NCBI GenBank assembly: GCA_964270895.1
Contig: OZ185446.1
From: Podarcis filfolensis
Lineage: Eukaryota
Reading direction: 5' to 3' (one strand)
Length of the DNA stretch: 64,000 bases
Of this stretch, positions 10,603-23,324 are shown in pieces. Position 1 is the first letter of the stretch; each line of letters opens with the position of its first letter. The notes beneath the pieces were generated by a model. The model saw only the letters and a list, made by a program, of their open reading frames with translations, searched no databases and was not told the origin of the DNA. Position numbers and translations under genes: made by a program.

Positions 10603-13175
10603 GTAGGAATCCTGTACTGTATTTGCTTTAATCTGTTTCCGAAAATATTTTGTCTGTGGATTGTGTCTCAGCAAGGGATGAGGGATGAATTTGGTTCATT
10701 TGGCATGTAAAGATGAATATTATCTTATTCACACTTTCTGAAACAGTACTCAAACTTCAACACAGTCATCTCTCTAAAAAATCTCCACATTTTGCAATGG
10801 AGTTCTTTAGCTGAGAGATGGATAAGAAAAAGCATATTCTACAGCTGAGCGTGCATTTAATATGTGTATATTAGTGGAAATAGCATACAAAAATGCATTA
10901 TACCTGGGAAAATTGGTTTGCAAAAATGAGGATATTAGGCAACATTACATAGAAAAAAATTGTATATTAGGGGAAATCAGCACTAAAATGCTGGTTAATT
11001 CTTTAGACTTTTTTTTTTAAGATCACATGCAGATGTGGAAATGTAGGAAACTGAACTTAGAGTAAAAATGAAACAATGGCACTGGCAGCATTAAGGTAAA
11101 TTCAACAGTGTAAATAAGCTTTGATGGATCCAGTAATGGAATACTGAATGGTATAGTTTTTGTAAAATATGCAGGGATTTACGATATGTAAAATGAACCA
11201 TGGGAAGAGATGAAGGGAAGTTATTGATATCTTAAAGATGTAAAATGAGCATTTCAAATTGTAAAACAGAATATTTAATAATATATATATATATATAAAT
11301 AAAATAAAAATGAGACAATGGGAGAAACCAAAATTGACAGATTTGCCTATCCTTAGTTTAGACTCTACGTTTTTGGATGTATAATTGGATCTGCTGAACA
11401 TCCTATTTAAAAAAAAAACAGGCCAGATTTATTGTCACTTGTATTAAATGCCATGCAAAGGAACAAGGATATCTGATTATGATTCATAATAGGGCATAAT
11501 ATCGCTGAGAAAGGAGGAAATAGAGAATATACGGTGTCAGTTCAGAACAGATAAAGACTGCTTCATCCAGAAATATGGCAGAGGACAAAAACACTGATAT
11601 TTAATGAGTGAAAAGCAGCGATGCTTAAAGGTGGACCATGGACCAAGGAGCTAGCACATCTCTATACCCTAGAATATTGCATTAATATCTTGGTACAGTA
11701 CAGCACTGTTGCTTAAGAAATTGTAGAATGTAAAATGATCTGCAGTCAGAAATAATGCATCTAGAAGGGAAAATGTAATAGATCTAACTTGGTTATACCA
11801 TCATTAATTCAAGGAGCAGTGACTATATCTATGTAGTCCTGGTTCACACAAAATTTTTCTCTATGTAGTGGTTAATCTGGAGATTGCTGGGAAAGGGGGA
11901 AATGCTTGTTTGAACCACTCCTTAATGTCCATTTGCGTTGGGAAGGAATTAAAAAAAGCAGTGGAGACGTTACTGAATAAAATATATTATGGGGTTCTCT
12001 TAGTTTTTTCTCCCCAGAAGGCAAAGTTTTCTACTTTCATAATTTTGACCTTTCGAAGAATGATGACACTCCTGCTTCAGCAAATTCTAGCTTCAGAAAA
12101 TAAATTTCCCTCAGTCAAATTCCCCTACCATGCCTACTCTGCTCCCCTTAATACACAGTACACACAGAGAGATGCTTAAATTTACAAACATATATACTTC
12201 TGCATACCTAGAGAGTCCCCCAAAAGTATCAAAACAACTGCCCTACTTTGTGGTGGCCCCACATACTAATAGCACACCCAAGTTCACTCAATAAAGTTAT
12301 TCAGTATAGAAAGAGTCTCTTGGTAAGAGCTACAAAATAAATAAAGCAGTATATTTTGCTTGAAAAACTTTTATTGATGGAGGAGCGGACGTCCTGTAGG
12401 CATCTGTTCTGATGTTCTTACAAGTGTGGATGTCTTCTAGAAAACATAATTGTTTGTGAGGCGATCACTTTCTTTGATGTCTTCTAGCGCAAAAACCTTT
12501 GCGTACGCTTTCAGCAAGAGAAACCAGGCCCAGCATGGCAATAACCAGAAAATATTACATGTGTTTTTGTTAAGGGTGTAGCTGAATACAAATACGTTTG
12601 CCGATTTGTTCCCGTTGATTCTGTTACAGGCCTAGAATTTCCTAAAGTCCAAATGTTGTTTTGAAAAACCGAGTGCCGTGTGTACATAGCTGTTTGTAAT
12701 AAGAGGGGCCACTTTTCACCTACTCAGTCATTTCCTTTCTCCAGAGCCAGCTGACAACCCCATATAAAATGCCTGCAGTGGCAGCTAAATTAAGAAGGTG
12801 TTACTTCCACTTCCATTCTGAGATCCATCTTGCTTAGCTCATTTGACTCCTTCAGGTTCATGAGGAGTCTTCTCAGGCTCCAGTCATTCAGTTACAGTTA
12901 CGCCAAGGCTGGCCTGTGCAACTCTGCCGGTTTCAACCTTACAAGTGCCACACTGTGGCGGTGGTGATAATGATCACAAACAACAGAAATTCACAGTAAA
13001 ATGCTGGTGAATTTTATGAGGGGGGCAGAGTGTAAATTGTGGAGAATTAAACTTAAGGTTGGAAAAGCGAGAAACTGGGGGGGGCGGGACCCAATATTGA
13101 TAGATTTGCCCATCCCTACTCTTGAAGAAATTTCCTCACAATTTTTCTCTCTGAAAATTTGGTGTAGTCCTAGCA

Positions 13176-13416
13176 CAGTGGAACCTTAGCTGTCGAACAC
13201 ATTCGTAATTGAATGTTTTGGCTTTCGTACACTGAAAACCCAGATGTAACTGCTCCGGGTTTTGAATGATTTTCGGAAGCCAAACATGCCACACAACTTT
13301 TGTTTTGAGTTTCCCTATTGTATTGAGGCTTCCGTATTGAGTTTTCTGTTTTCGAACGATTCGAAAGTCGAACTGTCTTCCGGAACGGATTACATTCGAA
13401 AACCGAGGTTCCATTG
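13176..13416. mobile_element. Tc1/mariner-type MITE, family 1 (CAGTGG...CCACTG termini)
   Basis: Degenerate terminal inverted repeats; internal CGGAACGGAT/TTCGAAAAC shared with other copies. Confidence 0.7.
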
Positions 13417-13698
13417 TAATAAGCCATTCTGAAATGTGCAGAACTTGGAAATTTATGGGATCGTTCAGTAATATTTTATATATTATTATATATATTTTTG
13501 TTGGGGAAATGCATGGATTTGCCATAATATGTATAAGGTCCTGCAGATTTAATTTGCAATTTTGGCATTTCGATCTTTTCTGTGTAGTTGAAGGGCACGC
13601 TGTTTCGACCCATGAAGCCATAGAATTTGCGCTACAACAGAGTACATTAGCTTGTTAGGGAATGTTATAAAGAAACAGTTCTTTCTTTTATATACTAG

Positions 13699-13795
13699 GG
13701 ACAAAGGGGAGACATAGGACCTCCTGGTGCCTCAGGCCCACCTGGAAGACCTGGCCCCCCTGGTCAGCCTGGTCCACCAGGCCCTTTGGCAACAG
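13699..13795 (+). CDS. COLQ: COLQ coding exon (exon 12 equivalent, 97 nt): GQRGDIGPPGASGPPGRPGPPGQPGPPGPLAT(G)
   Basis: AG 13697-13698, GT 13796-13797; phase-1 end joins the next exon in frame. Confidence 0.95.
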
Positions 13796-15358
13796 GTAAG
13801 GCAGACCTTTCAAAATGGCCGCTCGTTCCCTTTCCCCCTTCAATTGAATCATATTGAGTTGCCTCACAAGGCGTCCACAAGGTTTCTGCCGAACCACTAG
13901 CTGAGGGGGGAATCACACATTTTTAAGATAAAGTTTTAGGGTGGGGTTGGGCTTTTCCTGCACTATGATTGGACTTCTTTTGCTCTCAACTACCCCTTGC
14001 ACCCTGAAATAAGGCCCTTCTAGACTGGTGTCATATGAGCCAACTCCTAGGGGCCGAGGTCCCTTTGCCCCCACAATAAAATATTTGAGGTGGCTGCCCC
14101 CCCCCAGTTGATGGGCATTGTCATTCAAAGGATGTGTGTGTACCATGTCATGTGATTGATTATGCAGGATGAGGCTCCCCCCCCCCAATATTTTATTTAA
14201 GTTTGCACCCCTGACTGGTGGTGTTTTGTGGGTGTATTTTGCAGCAATCCATACCCCACCAGTGTCCTGAAAAAAAAAGACATCCCGTTTTTTCTCATGA
14301 GAGGACAGTGGCCATTTTGGGCACTGTGATCTCTCATGATGCTCCAAAATGGGTGTATTGTGGTGCGAAATCACGTGAGACCTCAGTGCCCAAAATGGCT
14401 GCCATCCTCTCGCAAGAAAAAATCAGAAAGATGGTGTCCTAGTTGTTGCCTTTGATGTGTTGGTGGGAATGGACATGCCATTGATTCAATAATAGTGAAT
14501 AAGAGGTGGATTTAAACTGAGCCATCTACATACACTTCAACTTCATTAGTTGCTCTCCGATGCTTCCAGATTGTTTTCATGTTATTACCACCTGGAGAGG
14601 TGCATTACAGAACAATTAAAGTGGGACAAAAAGTAAACTGGAACTTTTGTGGTTTGAAAAGTTTGAGGATTTCAGCAGTAAGTTATGGAACAGAACTTGG
14701 AAATGAAGCAGTATGCCCACCCTGAAACTTTTGCAGATACAAATAGTATTGAAAGTGGGATCATGTTGAACTGCCCCAAATACCACCTTGAGCATAAATA
14801 ATAGTTTCTCTGCAAACCTTCTGCTGAGATCCAAAATAGTTACCCACTCATTCACATAGCCTGGTCTTTTGTTAAAAGGCAATGATAACGGTGCTTCCAG
14901 ATGGGGGTTTAATTTGCAAGTGGGTCATTGCTAAAGGGTTTGAGTGTGTGTGCGTTACTTATTGGATTTCCCCTGGAAAGGGCAGAAGGATCAGTCTGAA
15001 GTTAATGTGGAGGGGGTTTAATGGGTTGGCATTTAAATGCCAATGACTCAACTTGCATGCATGAAGAGCACAGATTCCACAATAAACATCCATCTGGAAA
15101 CATCCTAAGTTAAAGACTAATTTAATAAACCATGGAAATCAAACAATGATGGCAAACAATATACAACCACCCCCGAAGTTGGAAGGCCAATAATATTTGA
15201 CAAGTGTTTGTACAAGCCCCCAAAGAAGCTTACAGGAGTCAAAGACAGCTTTTCAATATGAGACGTTTAGCTCGCAGGCAGGGACTCGATTTTCCCTTTT
15301 CAGTATGTCTTTATCTATTTCAGCAACTACCTTGCGTGTCAAATCTGATGTTTTCTAG

Positions 15359-15498
15359 GGCAACTAACAATGGGGACAAAAGGAGAGAGAGGACTTCCTG
15401 GACCTCCAGGAAAATGTCTCTGCAACGCTCCGCAAAATGGGAATATCCCACCCTATGACGAGCCACTGTTTGGACAGCCTTATTCAAAGGTTCCTGCA
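15359..15498 (+). CDS. COLQ: COLQ coding exon (exon 13 equivalent, 140 nt): QLTMGTKGERGLPGPPGKCLCNAPQNGNIPPYDEPLFGQPYSKVPA
   Basis: AG 15357-15358, GT 15499-15500; end of collagen helix with the CLC cysteines. Confidence 0.96.
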
Positions 15499-15889
15499 GT
15501 AAGTGAGGTTGATAGGAGTTGATATGGGCATACTGTGTTAACGGATCCAGACCGCTGGCATGAAGTAGCCGCTTTGGTCAACTTGATCTGGGCTGCTGTG
15601 GGTTTGTCAGTGCTGACAATACAGAGCTAGATGGATCAATGGTCTGATTCGGTATCGGGCAGATCCCATGTTCCTTAACTTACGGGCAACTGTGGAATGG
15701 TGCCTGGGATGTGACTATGATACAACTACCTCCTCCCCCTGTCAATTCCGGAGTTAAACAATTTAAAACAATTGATTGCTTAAGTTACCTCTTTGTTTGT
15801 CTCAAACTTTGGAGGTTGTTTTCTCTCACCTTCTAGACATGGAGCACTTCTCTCCCTCATTCTTTTTCTCAAAGTCTATTCTACCTACA

Positions 15890-16218
15890 GGGGTGCGGGT
15901 GGCTAGGACTTGCCGATCAGAAGGTCGGCAGTTTGAATCCCCACGACGGGGTGAGCTCCCGTTGTTCGGTCCCTGTTCCTGCCAACCTAGCAGTTTGAAA
16001 GCACGTCAAAGTGCAAGTAGATAAATAGGTACCGCTCCAGCGGGAAGGTAAACGGCGTTTCCGTGTGCTGCTCTGGTTCGCCAGAAGCGGCTTAGTCATG
16101 CTGGCCACATGATCCGGAAGCTGTACGCTGGATCCCTCAGCCAATAAAGCGAGATGAGCGCCACAACCCCAGAGTTGGCCACGACTGGACCTAATGGTCA
16201 GGGGTCCCTTTACCTTTT
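15890..16218 (+). mobile_element. Sauria SINE, subfamily A, with short deletion in the head
   Basis: TSD TATTCTACCTA at 15877-15887 and 16219-16229. Confidence 0.93.
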
Positions 16219-16681
16219 TATTCTACCTATGGAAAAGAGTCTCTATTTTCACTTACATGAGGATGGGTAGATAGCAACACTGGTTACGTATTGGCTAGGC
16301 CTAGGAAATCTGCCACCCTCAAAATTTTGTCAGACAAAGCTTCCATCATCCCTAACACTATTGCTGTGCTGGTGGGGGCTGATGGGACTTGGAGTTCAGT
16401 GACATGTGGAGGACGATTCATTCCCCAGCCCCTGGTTTTCATTATTAGTGGAGTGTGTTCATAGTATCGGGTTCCTGGTCCCTTGATTAGAGCAAACAGT
16501 ACATTCCGCTTAATTACAAGTGGTTTTTTGAGGTCAACGGGGAAAGTTTCAGATAATGCAAACCCTTCAGATTTGGAACTGGTCTCTAAATTTCCATCGC
16601 CACTTAGTATTCTCTCCTACAGTAGGTTTGCGGCAGCCTTGTGTCTTCTCCGACTCCTACTTTTTTATTTCTCTTTTCCAG

Positions 16682-16801
16682 ATTTTTGTAGTGAATAATC
16701 AGGAAGAACTGGACAGGTTAAACACAGAAAACGCCCTAGCATTTCGTAGAGATCAGAGATCTTTGTATTTCAAAGATACTTTTGGATGGCTTCCAATTCA
16801 G
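16682..16801 (+). CDS. COLQ: COLQ coding exon (exon 14 equivalent, 120 nt): [40 protein letters not shown]
   Basis: AG 16680-16681, GT 16802-16803; C-terminal trimerisation region, near-identical to recalled human sequence. Confidence 0.98.
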
Positions 16802-17094
16802 GTAGGTAGGTAAATAAATAAGTGATAAATACTGCAAGTTTTGTAAGCATTTCATTCCATTGGAACTAAAAAAAATTATGTTTAAAATGTTTATTGGGTG
16901 AAGTGAATTTCTGCAGCAGATGAACTCTCAATCCCCCTCCCCCCCCGAATATATATCAGAAAAAGCAAATATCACTGAACAGAATATGGCAGGCATAAAC
17001 AAAACAAGTGGTCTATACCATACCCCTCCTCCCAACATTTCTCTGATGAAAATAGGGATGTCCCATTCCATAATGATCATTTTACTATTTTTAC

Positions 17095-17225
17095 CTCACA
17101 TATCTTACTGGGTTGTCCCAGCCGCTCTGGGCAGCTTCCAACATATATAAAAACATAATAAAACATTAAACAATTTTTTAAAAACCTTCCCTATACAGGA
17201 TTGCCTTCAGACGGCTCAGGGGTTG
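17095..17225 (-). mobile_element. L2-type LINE 3' end fragment
   Basis: Shares the CCACTCTGGGCGGCTTCCAAC...AAAAACTTCCCTATACAGG..GCCTTCAGA tail with 39296-39690 and 60630-60933. Confidence 0.6.
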
Positions 17226-18418
17226 GATAACTCTACACCCTCCAACATTTCTCCAATGAAAATAAGGACATCCTAAGGGAAAGTGGGGCATTCTGGGATC
17301 AAATCAGAAACTCGGACAGCTTCTGTAAATTCAGGACTGTCCCTGGAAAATAGGGACACTTGAGAATCTGCTATACATGTATATCTGTATAATGTGAAAG
17401 GGCAGTTTGCAGGGCGATCCTAATCCCCAGTTCTGCAGGCTGGAGGGAGTTAGGATGGGGCAGAGAACACTCTCTGCTGGCAGAAAGTTCCTCCAGCAAA
17501 GCAGAGGGCACCTCTGTGGGCATAAATCTATTTCTGCCAGCAGTAGGCCCTGAAACAGGCATCTAGCAATTGGGGGTGTATGTGTCAGACCTGGCCTAGA
17601 ATCCATTGGACTCAAATTCCCTTCATTATTCCAACAGGCTTCAGGATCAGGAGCATCAGCTACACCATTCATTCAATCACACACACACCCTGACACATAC
17701 ACACACTTCAGATGCGATGAATTATATGCCATTTCACTCCACCACACTATCCTGCCTGCGATTTCTCTGCCCAACTGCAATCTTATATGCACTTACAGGG
17801 GAGAAAGTCCCCTTGTACACAGTGGGGTGTGCTTCTGAGTAAGCACGCATGGGATTGCACTCTTCAGTTTCAGAATTGTGTAGATAAATATCCCATGCTT
17901 ATCTGTAGCACAAAGTGCAAAAACCATTGTCCTGTTATGATACTCCTTAATCAGTGTTAATGGATACAGACTGCAGAACAGTACGTTTCTTCACCTCATA
18001 CTTAAGACTGAAGCAATTAAGGGAGAGACTGATCAGCAATATTACGTCCTTGCTAGTCCTGAGGGTCCATGATTCTGTGATCGCGGGCTATGTAAAAGAA
18101 AGGAAAGGATTTTAAAATACACCCTCTTCAACCTAAATTCACTGAACTCCTCAAGGGTAAGTAAAGACCTGCCATAAAATAAAATGGTTTGCATTCTGGT
18201 TTGGATGTAAATTGTTAGAGGTTCTGGCTGTATTCGTATTATAGCTGTGAGGACTCTGACACAAACATTTCCAGGGGATTGTGCAGTTGGCTGAAGTGGC
18301 AGGAGCAGACACCTAATCTTCAGCAAGTGAGAACAGGAATCACATGTTCCTTTGGTGCCTCCTTCTCCAAGATGTTTATAGTTCCGCTCAAGTATCTGTT
18401 TCGTGTTTATTCCAGCAG

Positions 18419-18539
18419 CTCACGCCTTTTTATCCTGTGGACTACCCGCTGGAAGATGGCAGCACCTGTGGAGATGGGGTACTCCAAGATGGTGAAGAAT
18501 GCGATGATGGCAATAACATAGTGACTGATGATTGTATAA
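18419..18539 (+). CDS. COLQ: COLQ coding exon (exon 15 equivalent, 121 nt): [40 protein letters not shown]
   Basis: CAGCAG tandem acceptor 18413-18418, GT 18540-18541; Cys-rich CGDG...EECDDGN repeat. Confidence 0.97.
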
Positions 18540-18669
18540 GTACGTTTGATGTTACCAATTCTTGTTTTCTTGCTTTAATATACACAAGGATTCTCAGATA
18601 AATGGAAAGCCTAATTCATATACTTCACTGTTTCCACATATGATCTGGATAAAAAAGCACCAAAACACT

Positions 18670-20672
18670 GGACACGACAGGGATGCCCAATTTCCCCTTT
18701 GCTTTTTATATCGGTCCTGGAGGTCTTGCTGAATATGATTAGAAGGGACCGGATGGTTAAAGGTATACAGGTCGGAGCTAAACAGTATAAATTGAGAGCA
18801 TTTGCAGATGACCTAGTTTTGACGTTACAGGAGCCAGAATCTAGTACTAAAAGAGTTTTAGAATTAATTCAAGAATTTGGTCAGGTCGCAGGATTCAAAT
18901 TGAATAAGTTAAAAACTAAGGTTCTTGAGAAAAACTTAACACTGATTGAAAAAGAGAAGTTTCAGAATGAAACAGGTCTGACTGTGGTTAAGAAAGTGAA
19001 ATACTTGGGGATTAATATGACAGCTAAAAATGGGAATTTGTTTAAAGATAACTATGAAAAATGTTGGATGGAGGTGAAAAAAGACTTAGAAATTTGGTCA
19101 AACTTGAAGCTTTCCTTGTTGGGTCGAATTGCAGTTATAAAGATGAATGTATTGCCTAGAATGTTGTTTTTATTTCAAACATTGCAAATTTTGGACAAAA
19201 TGGACTGTTTCAAGAAGTGGCAGAAAGACATTTCTAAATTTGTCTGGCAGGGCAAGAAGCCCAGAATAAAATTTAAGATATTAACTGATGTGAAAGAAAG
19301 GGGTGGATTTGCCCTGCCAGACCTTAAACTTTACTATGAATCAGCAGCGTTCTGCTGGTTGAAAGAGTGGCTGCTTCTTGAGAATACAGACATTTTGGAT
19401 TTAGAAGGCTTTAATAATGTGTTTGGGTGGCATGCATATTTGTGGTACGACAAGGTTAAAGCACATAAGGCATTTAAAAACCACATTGTCAGGAAAGCAT
19501 TGTTTAATGTTTGGATAAGATACAAAGATTTATTTGAAAATAAAACCCCAAGGTGGTTGTCACCTATGGAGGCTAAGGCTCAGAAAAAACTTAACATGGA
19601 GGCTAAATGGCCAAAATATTGGGAAATTTTGGAGCAAGAAGGGGACAAATTGAAATTGCAGAGTTTTGAGAAATTAAAAGATAAAGTGCGAGACTGGCTT
19701 CATTATTATCAGATAATGGAGGCTTATAATTTGGATAAGAAAATTGGCTTCCAGGTGGAAAAATCTAAATTGGAAACAGAATTGTTAGAACCTAAAACCA
19801 AGACTTTGTCAAAAATGTATAAATTGCTGTTGAAATGGAATACTCAGGATGAGACGGTTAAATCTGCTATGATTAAATGGGCACAAGATGTTGGACATAA
19901 CATTATGTTTGCTGACTGGGAACAGTTGTGGACCACCGGTATGAAATTTACGGCATGTAATGCCTTAAGAGAGAATATTATGAAAATGATATATAGGTGG
20001 TACATGACCCCGGTCAAGCTTGCAAAAATCTATCATTTGCCCGATAATAAATGTTGGAAATGTAAGGAAACTGAAGGTACATTCTTTCACCTTTGGTGGA
20101 CGTGCCCTAAGATTAAGGCTTTCTGGGAAATGATATATAACGAATTGAAAAAGGTATTTAAATATACCTTCTTGAAGAAACCAGAGGCCTTTCTCTTGGG
20201 CATGGTCAGCCAGTTGGTGTTAAAAAAGGATAGAACTTTCTTTATGTATGCTACAACAGCAGCAAGAATACTTATTGCAAAGTATTGGAAGACGCAAGAT
20301 TTACCCACTCTGGAAGAATGGCAGATGAAGATGATAGACTGTATGGGATTGGCAGAAATGACTGGCAGAATCCGGGACCAGGGAGAAGAGTCGGCGGAAG
20401 AAGATTGGAAGAAATTTAAGGACTATTTACAGAAATATTGTAAAATTAAAGAATGTTGAATGATGTTGGATTGAAATTAAGGGGTTTTCAGCTGCAATGT
20501 TTTGAGATAAGGATTTGCTGAGTAAATAATTTGAATTGGAATACAAGAAGGGGAGGTACGAGGAGGTCGGGGAAATATGTTATTGAAAATTAAGTAATGT
20601 GAACTGTATGGGTTTTTAATTTTTTTTTGTTTTTGTATAAAATTTGGAAATTTAATAAATATCTTTATATAT
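18670..20672 (+). mobile_element. 5'-truncated L1/Tx1-clade LINE; ORF2 C-terminal ~595 aa uninterrupted (RT motifs TRQGCPISPLLF, FADD, YLG; CCHC knuckle CWKC...H...C)
   Basis: Open frame 18672-20459; 3' UTR with AATAAA at 20654-20659; near-perfect TSD AAAAAAGCACCAAA(A)CACT at 18651-18669 and 20673-20691. Confidence 0.95.
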
Positions 20673-20914
20673 AAAAAAAGCACCAAACACTCAGGAAAAG
20701 CTACTTTCACTGAGTGGGAAAGAGCTGTTATTTTACTTTTCAACAGATAGTTTTGTAAACATACACAGGCAAGCAAACTAATTAATCTTGGAGTTAATGG
20801 GTGATGTGGAAGAAAGTTCACACTGTCCTCTGACATACAAGGAGCTAGCTAGCAGCTGCAAATAACCCCATTTATGTATTTATTTACCTTTCTCTTTTAT
20901 TTCTGGTTTATTAG

Positions 20915-21017
20915 AATGTCGCCATGCTTATTGTGGAGACGGCTACCGACACGAAGCGGTAGAAGAGTGTGATGGGAAAGATTTTGGATACTTAACTTGC
21001 AAAACATATCTCCCTGG
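20915..21017 (+). CDS. COLQ: COLQ coding exon (exon 16 equivalent, 103 nt): [34 protein letters not shown](G)
   Basis: AG 20913-20914, GT 21018-21019; matches recalled human [35 protein letters not shown]. Confidence 0.98.
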
Positions 21018-21763
21018 GTAAGGCAAATTTAAGTTATTTTTGTCACATCATGGGAGAGTATGATTCGTTTTAAAAATCCACAAAAGATTGGACTGGGAAG
21101 GAAGATGGAGGCAAAGGTCTGTTTTCATTCTTTTGCTCCACCAGGAACCAATGGATGGAGCATAAACTGGTTTTTTTTTATGTGGGGGGATGATTCCTGT
21201 GGCCCCAATCACATGTTGTCTGTGGTTGCTTGGAGACAAAGGGAGGGATCCCTCTTCACCTTGAATTAATAGTTGTAGGGAAGTAACTGGCTGTGCCTCT
21301 CTATGGTCACCCCTTCTTCCCAGTGGTCATTTCAATGATGATGATCCAATCTCCCTTTGTTTTACCTGGTGGGGAGGAGAATTGGGCAGGTAGAAGATGG
21401 GGTAGAAATATTCTGAGGAAGTGGGTACTTTGGTACTAAAGCTGTTGGGACACAGTAGCTAACTCCGCAGATATGACCCACCGTGGGACTTCAAGAAACC
21501 ACTGGCTAGAAAGACCTAGGGAGACCTAGGTCTCATGCATGAGATTTGTTTCACTTGGCATCTCTAGGAAACTGAGAATGAAGAGGAGGCTCCACCATCA
21601 TAGTACTCTTCTCTCTCATGCACCCAAAGCTAGTTACTTACAATTACCTTATGCTGTTGGGAATATCCCCAAGAGTGATGAGAGACTCGTGGATGCATAA
21701 ATTTTAACTGAAGCAGATGTAGAGGCCACCTTTGATTCTGTGCAAGTGTAGGATGTCTCTATT

Positions 21764-22119
21764 GGACGCGGGTGGCGCTGTGGGTTAAACCACAGAGCCT
21801 AGGACTTGCTGATCAGAAGGTCGGTGGTTCGAATCCCTGCAACGGGTGAGCTCCCGTTGCTTGGTCCCAGCTCCTGCCAACCTAGCAGTTCGAAAGCACG
21901 TCAAAGAGCAAGTAGATAAATAGGTACCGCTCCAGCTAGAAGGTAAACGGTGTTTCCGTGCGCTGCTCTGGTTCGCCAGAAGTGGCTTAGTCACGCTGGC
22001 CACATGACCCGGAAACTGTACGCCGGCTCCCTCGGTCAATAAAGCGAGATGAGCGCCGCAACCCCAGAGTCGGCCATGACTGGACCTAATGGTCAGGGGT
22101 CCCTTTACCTTTACCTTTT
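21764..22119 (+). mobile_element. Sauria SINE, full length, subfamily A
   Basis: 11-bp TSD GGATGTCTCTA at 21751-21761 and 22120-22130. Confidence 0.95.
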
Positions 22120-23254
22120 GGATGTCTCTACTGTTTGCAGATTCTCTCCCCACCCGATTTAGGCACCCATGGGGTCTGCACTTGAATTAGAAAAGAGCTA
22201 ATTAGGGCTGTGGTTGCTGTTAGCCATCAGTTGTACACTGGAGCGAGCTAAAAACATATTCGTGTGGTACAGAGCTGTCATGCTTCTCTTTAGTCCAGCA
22301 GGATATTGACGTCACATGCACACCATACATACATGGCTTCCCGCAAAGAATCCTGGAAACTGTAGTTCACCCCTCACAGAATAACCATTCCCAGCACCTT
22401 TAGAAAACTACTGTTCCCAGGATTCTTTGGGGCAAGCCATGCACTTTAAATGTATGATGTAAATCTGACTTTAGCTGAGGCCTTTGCTTGCTTGTAATCT
22501 GACGTGCATGCATTGGTATTAATAGCTTCTTCTGGTCAGCAGTATTTTACCTGCAGTAGCTGTAGCTGTGTCATGCTGTCAGGTATCATTACGACCTTAC
22601 AGGAAACATTCCATTTGCAAATGAAATTATCTGCAGAGTTCTCATGGCTCCTGAAAGAGTAATGTGTTAATTGGCAGGAATAAAGAAAGCACAAGAGTCA
22701 GTTCTGCAAACCCTCTTCTGTATTAACTCTCAGGATGTAATTTAACTCCTTACAGCACCTTTTACATCAATGGGACTCGATAAACAGACATTTTAGGAAA
22801 GCAACAATAAAATATATACACATTAAAGGTTGATATTTGGTCAAGATTTTGAAAATTGAGGCCTTTATTTCAGGGTTATAAAATTTTCAGACATGACAGC
22901 AGCTGTGATAATTGTGCTTTGTGAATCTGCAAATAACTTCATATTGCCCTTTGAGCATTCAGTTAATTGGATGCATAATGAGATATAGGTTAAAACAAAG
23001 CTTGATATTGGACTGTATTGATTAAGTGTTCAGTTGGCAATGTTATTGCAAATTGTACTTTATTTTGTGCCGCAAATCATGTCTCTGCGCAGCCTTTTTC
23101 CAACATTCCTCTGTCTAACGTATTTGCCTCGCTGCAAAACGCTGTGTTCAAAATCCATTTGTGGATGCCCTGATAGAAATTAGATATAAAAATCAACTGG
23201 TAAAAAAAGTGTCATGTGTAATAATGACTGGTGTGTGTTCATCTTCTGTCTTAG

Positions 23255-23324
23255 GTCTTATGGAAAGTTACGATGCACTTCGTTTTGCAATATTGACTCT
23301 ACAGAGTGTCGATACTTTACATGA
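23255..23324 (+). CDS. COLQ: COLQ last coding exon (exon 17 equivalent, 70 nt): SYGKLRCTSFCNIDSTECRYFT-stop
   Basis: AG 23253-23254, TGA 23322-23324; ends in CRYFT like human COLQ. Confidence 0.98.

Noticed and set aside
18699-20459. 586-aa ORF as a host gene or domesticated reverse transcriptase
   Set aside because: It starts mid-RT without a real start codon or endonuclease domain, and has a TSD and A-rich tail, so it is a truncated L1 insertion.
853-23324. A novel COLQ-like paralogue or other collagen
   Set aside because: All 13 exon sizes, phases, both basic heparan-binding motifs and the CRYFT end match recalled human COLQ, so orthology is the simplest reading.
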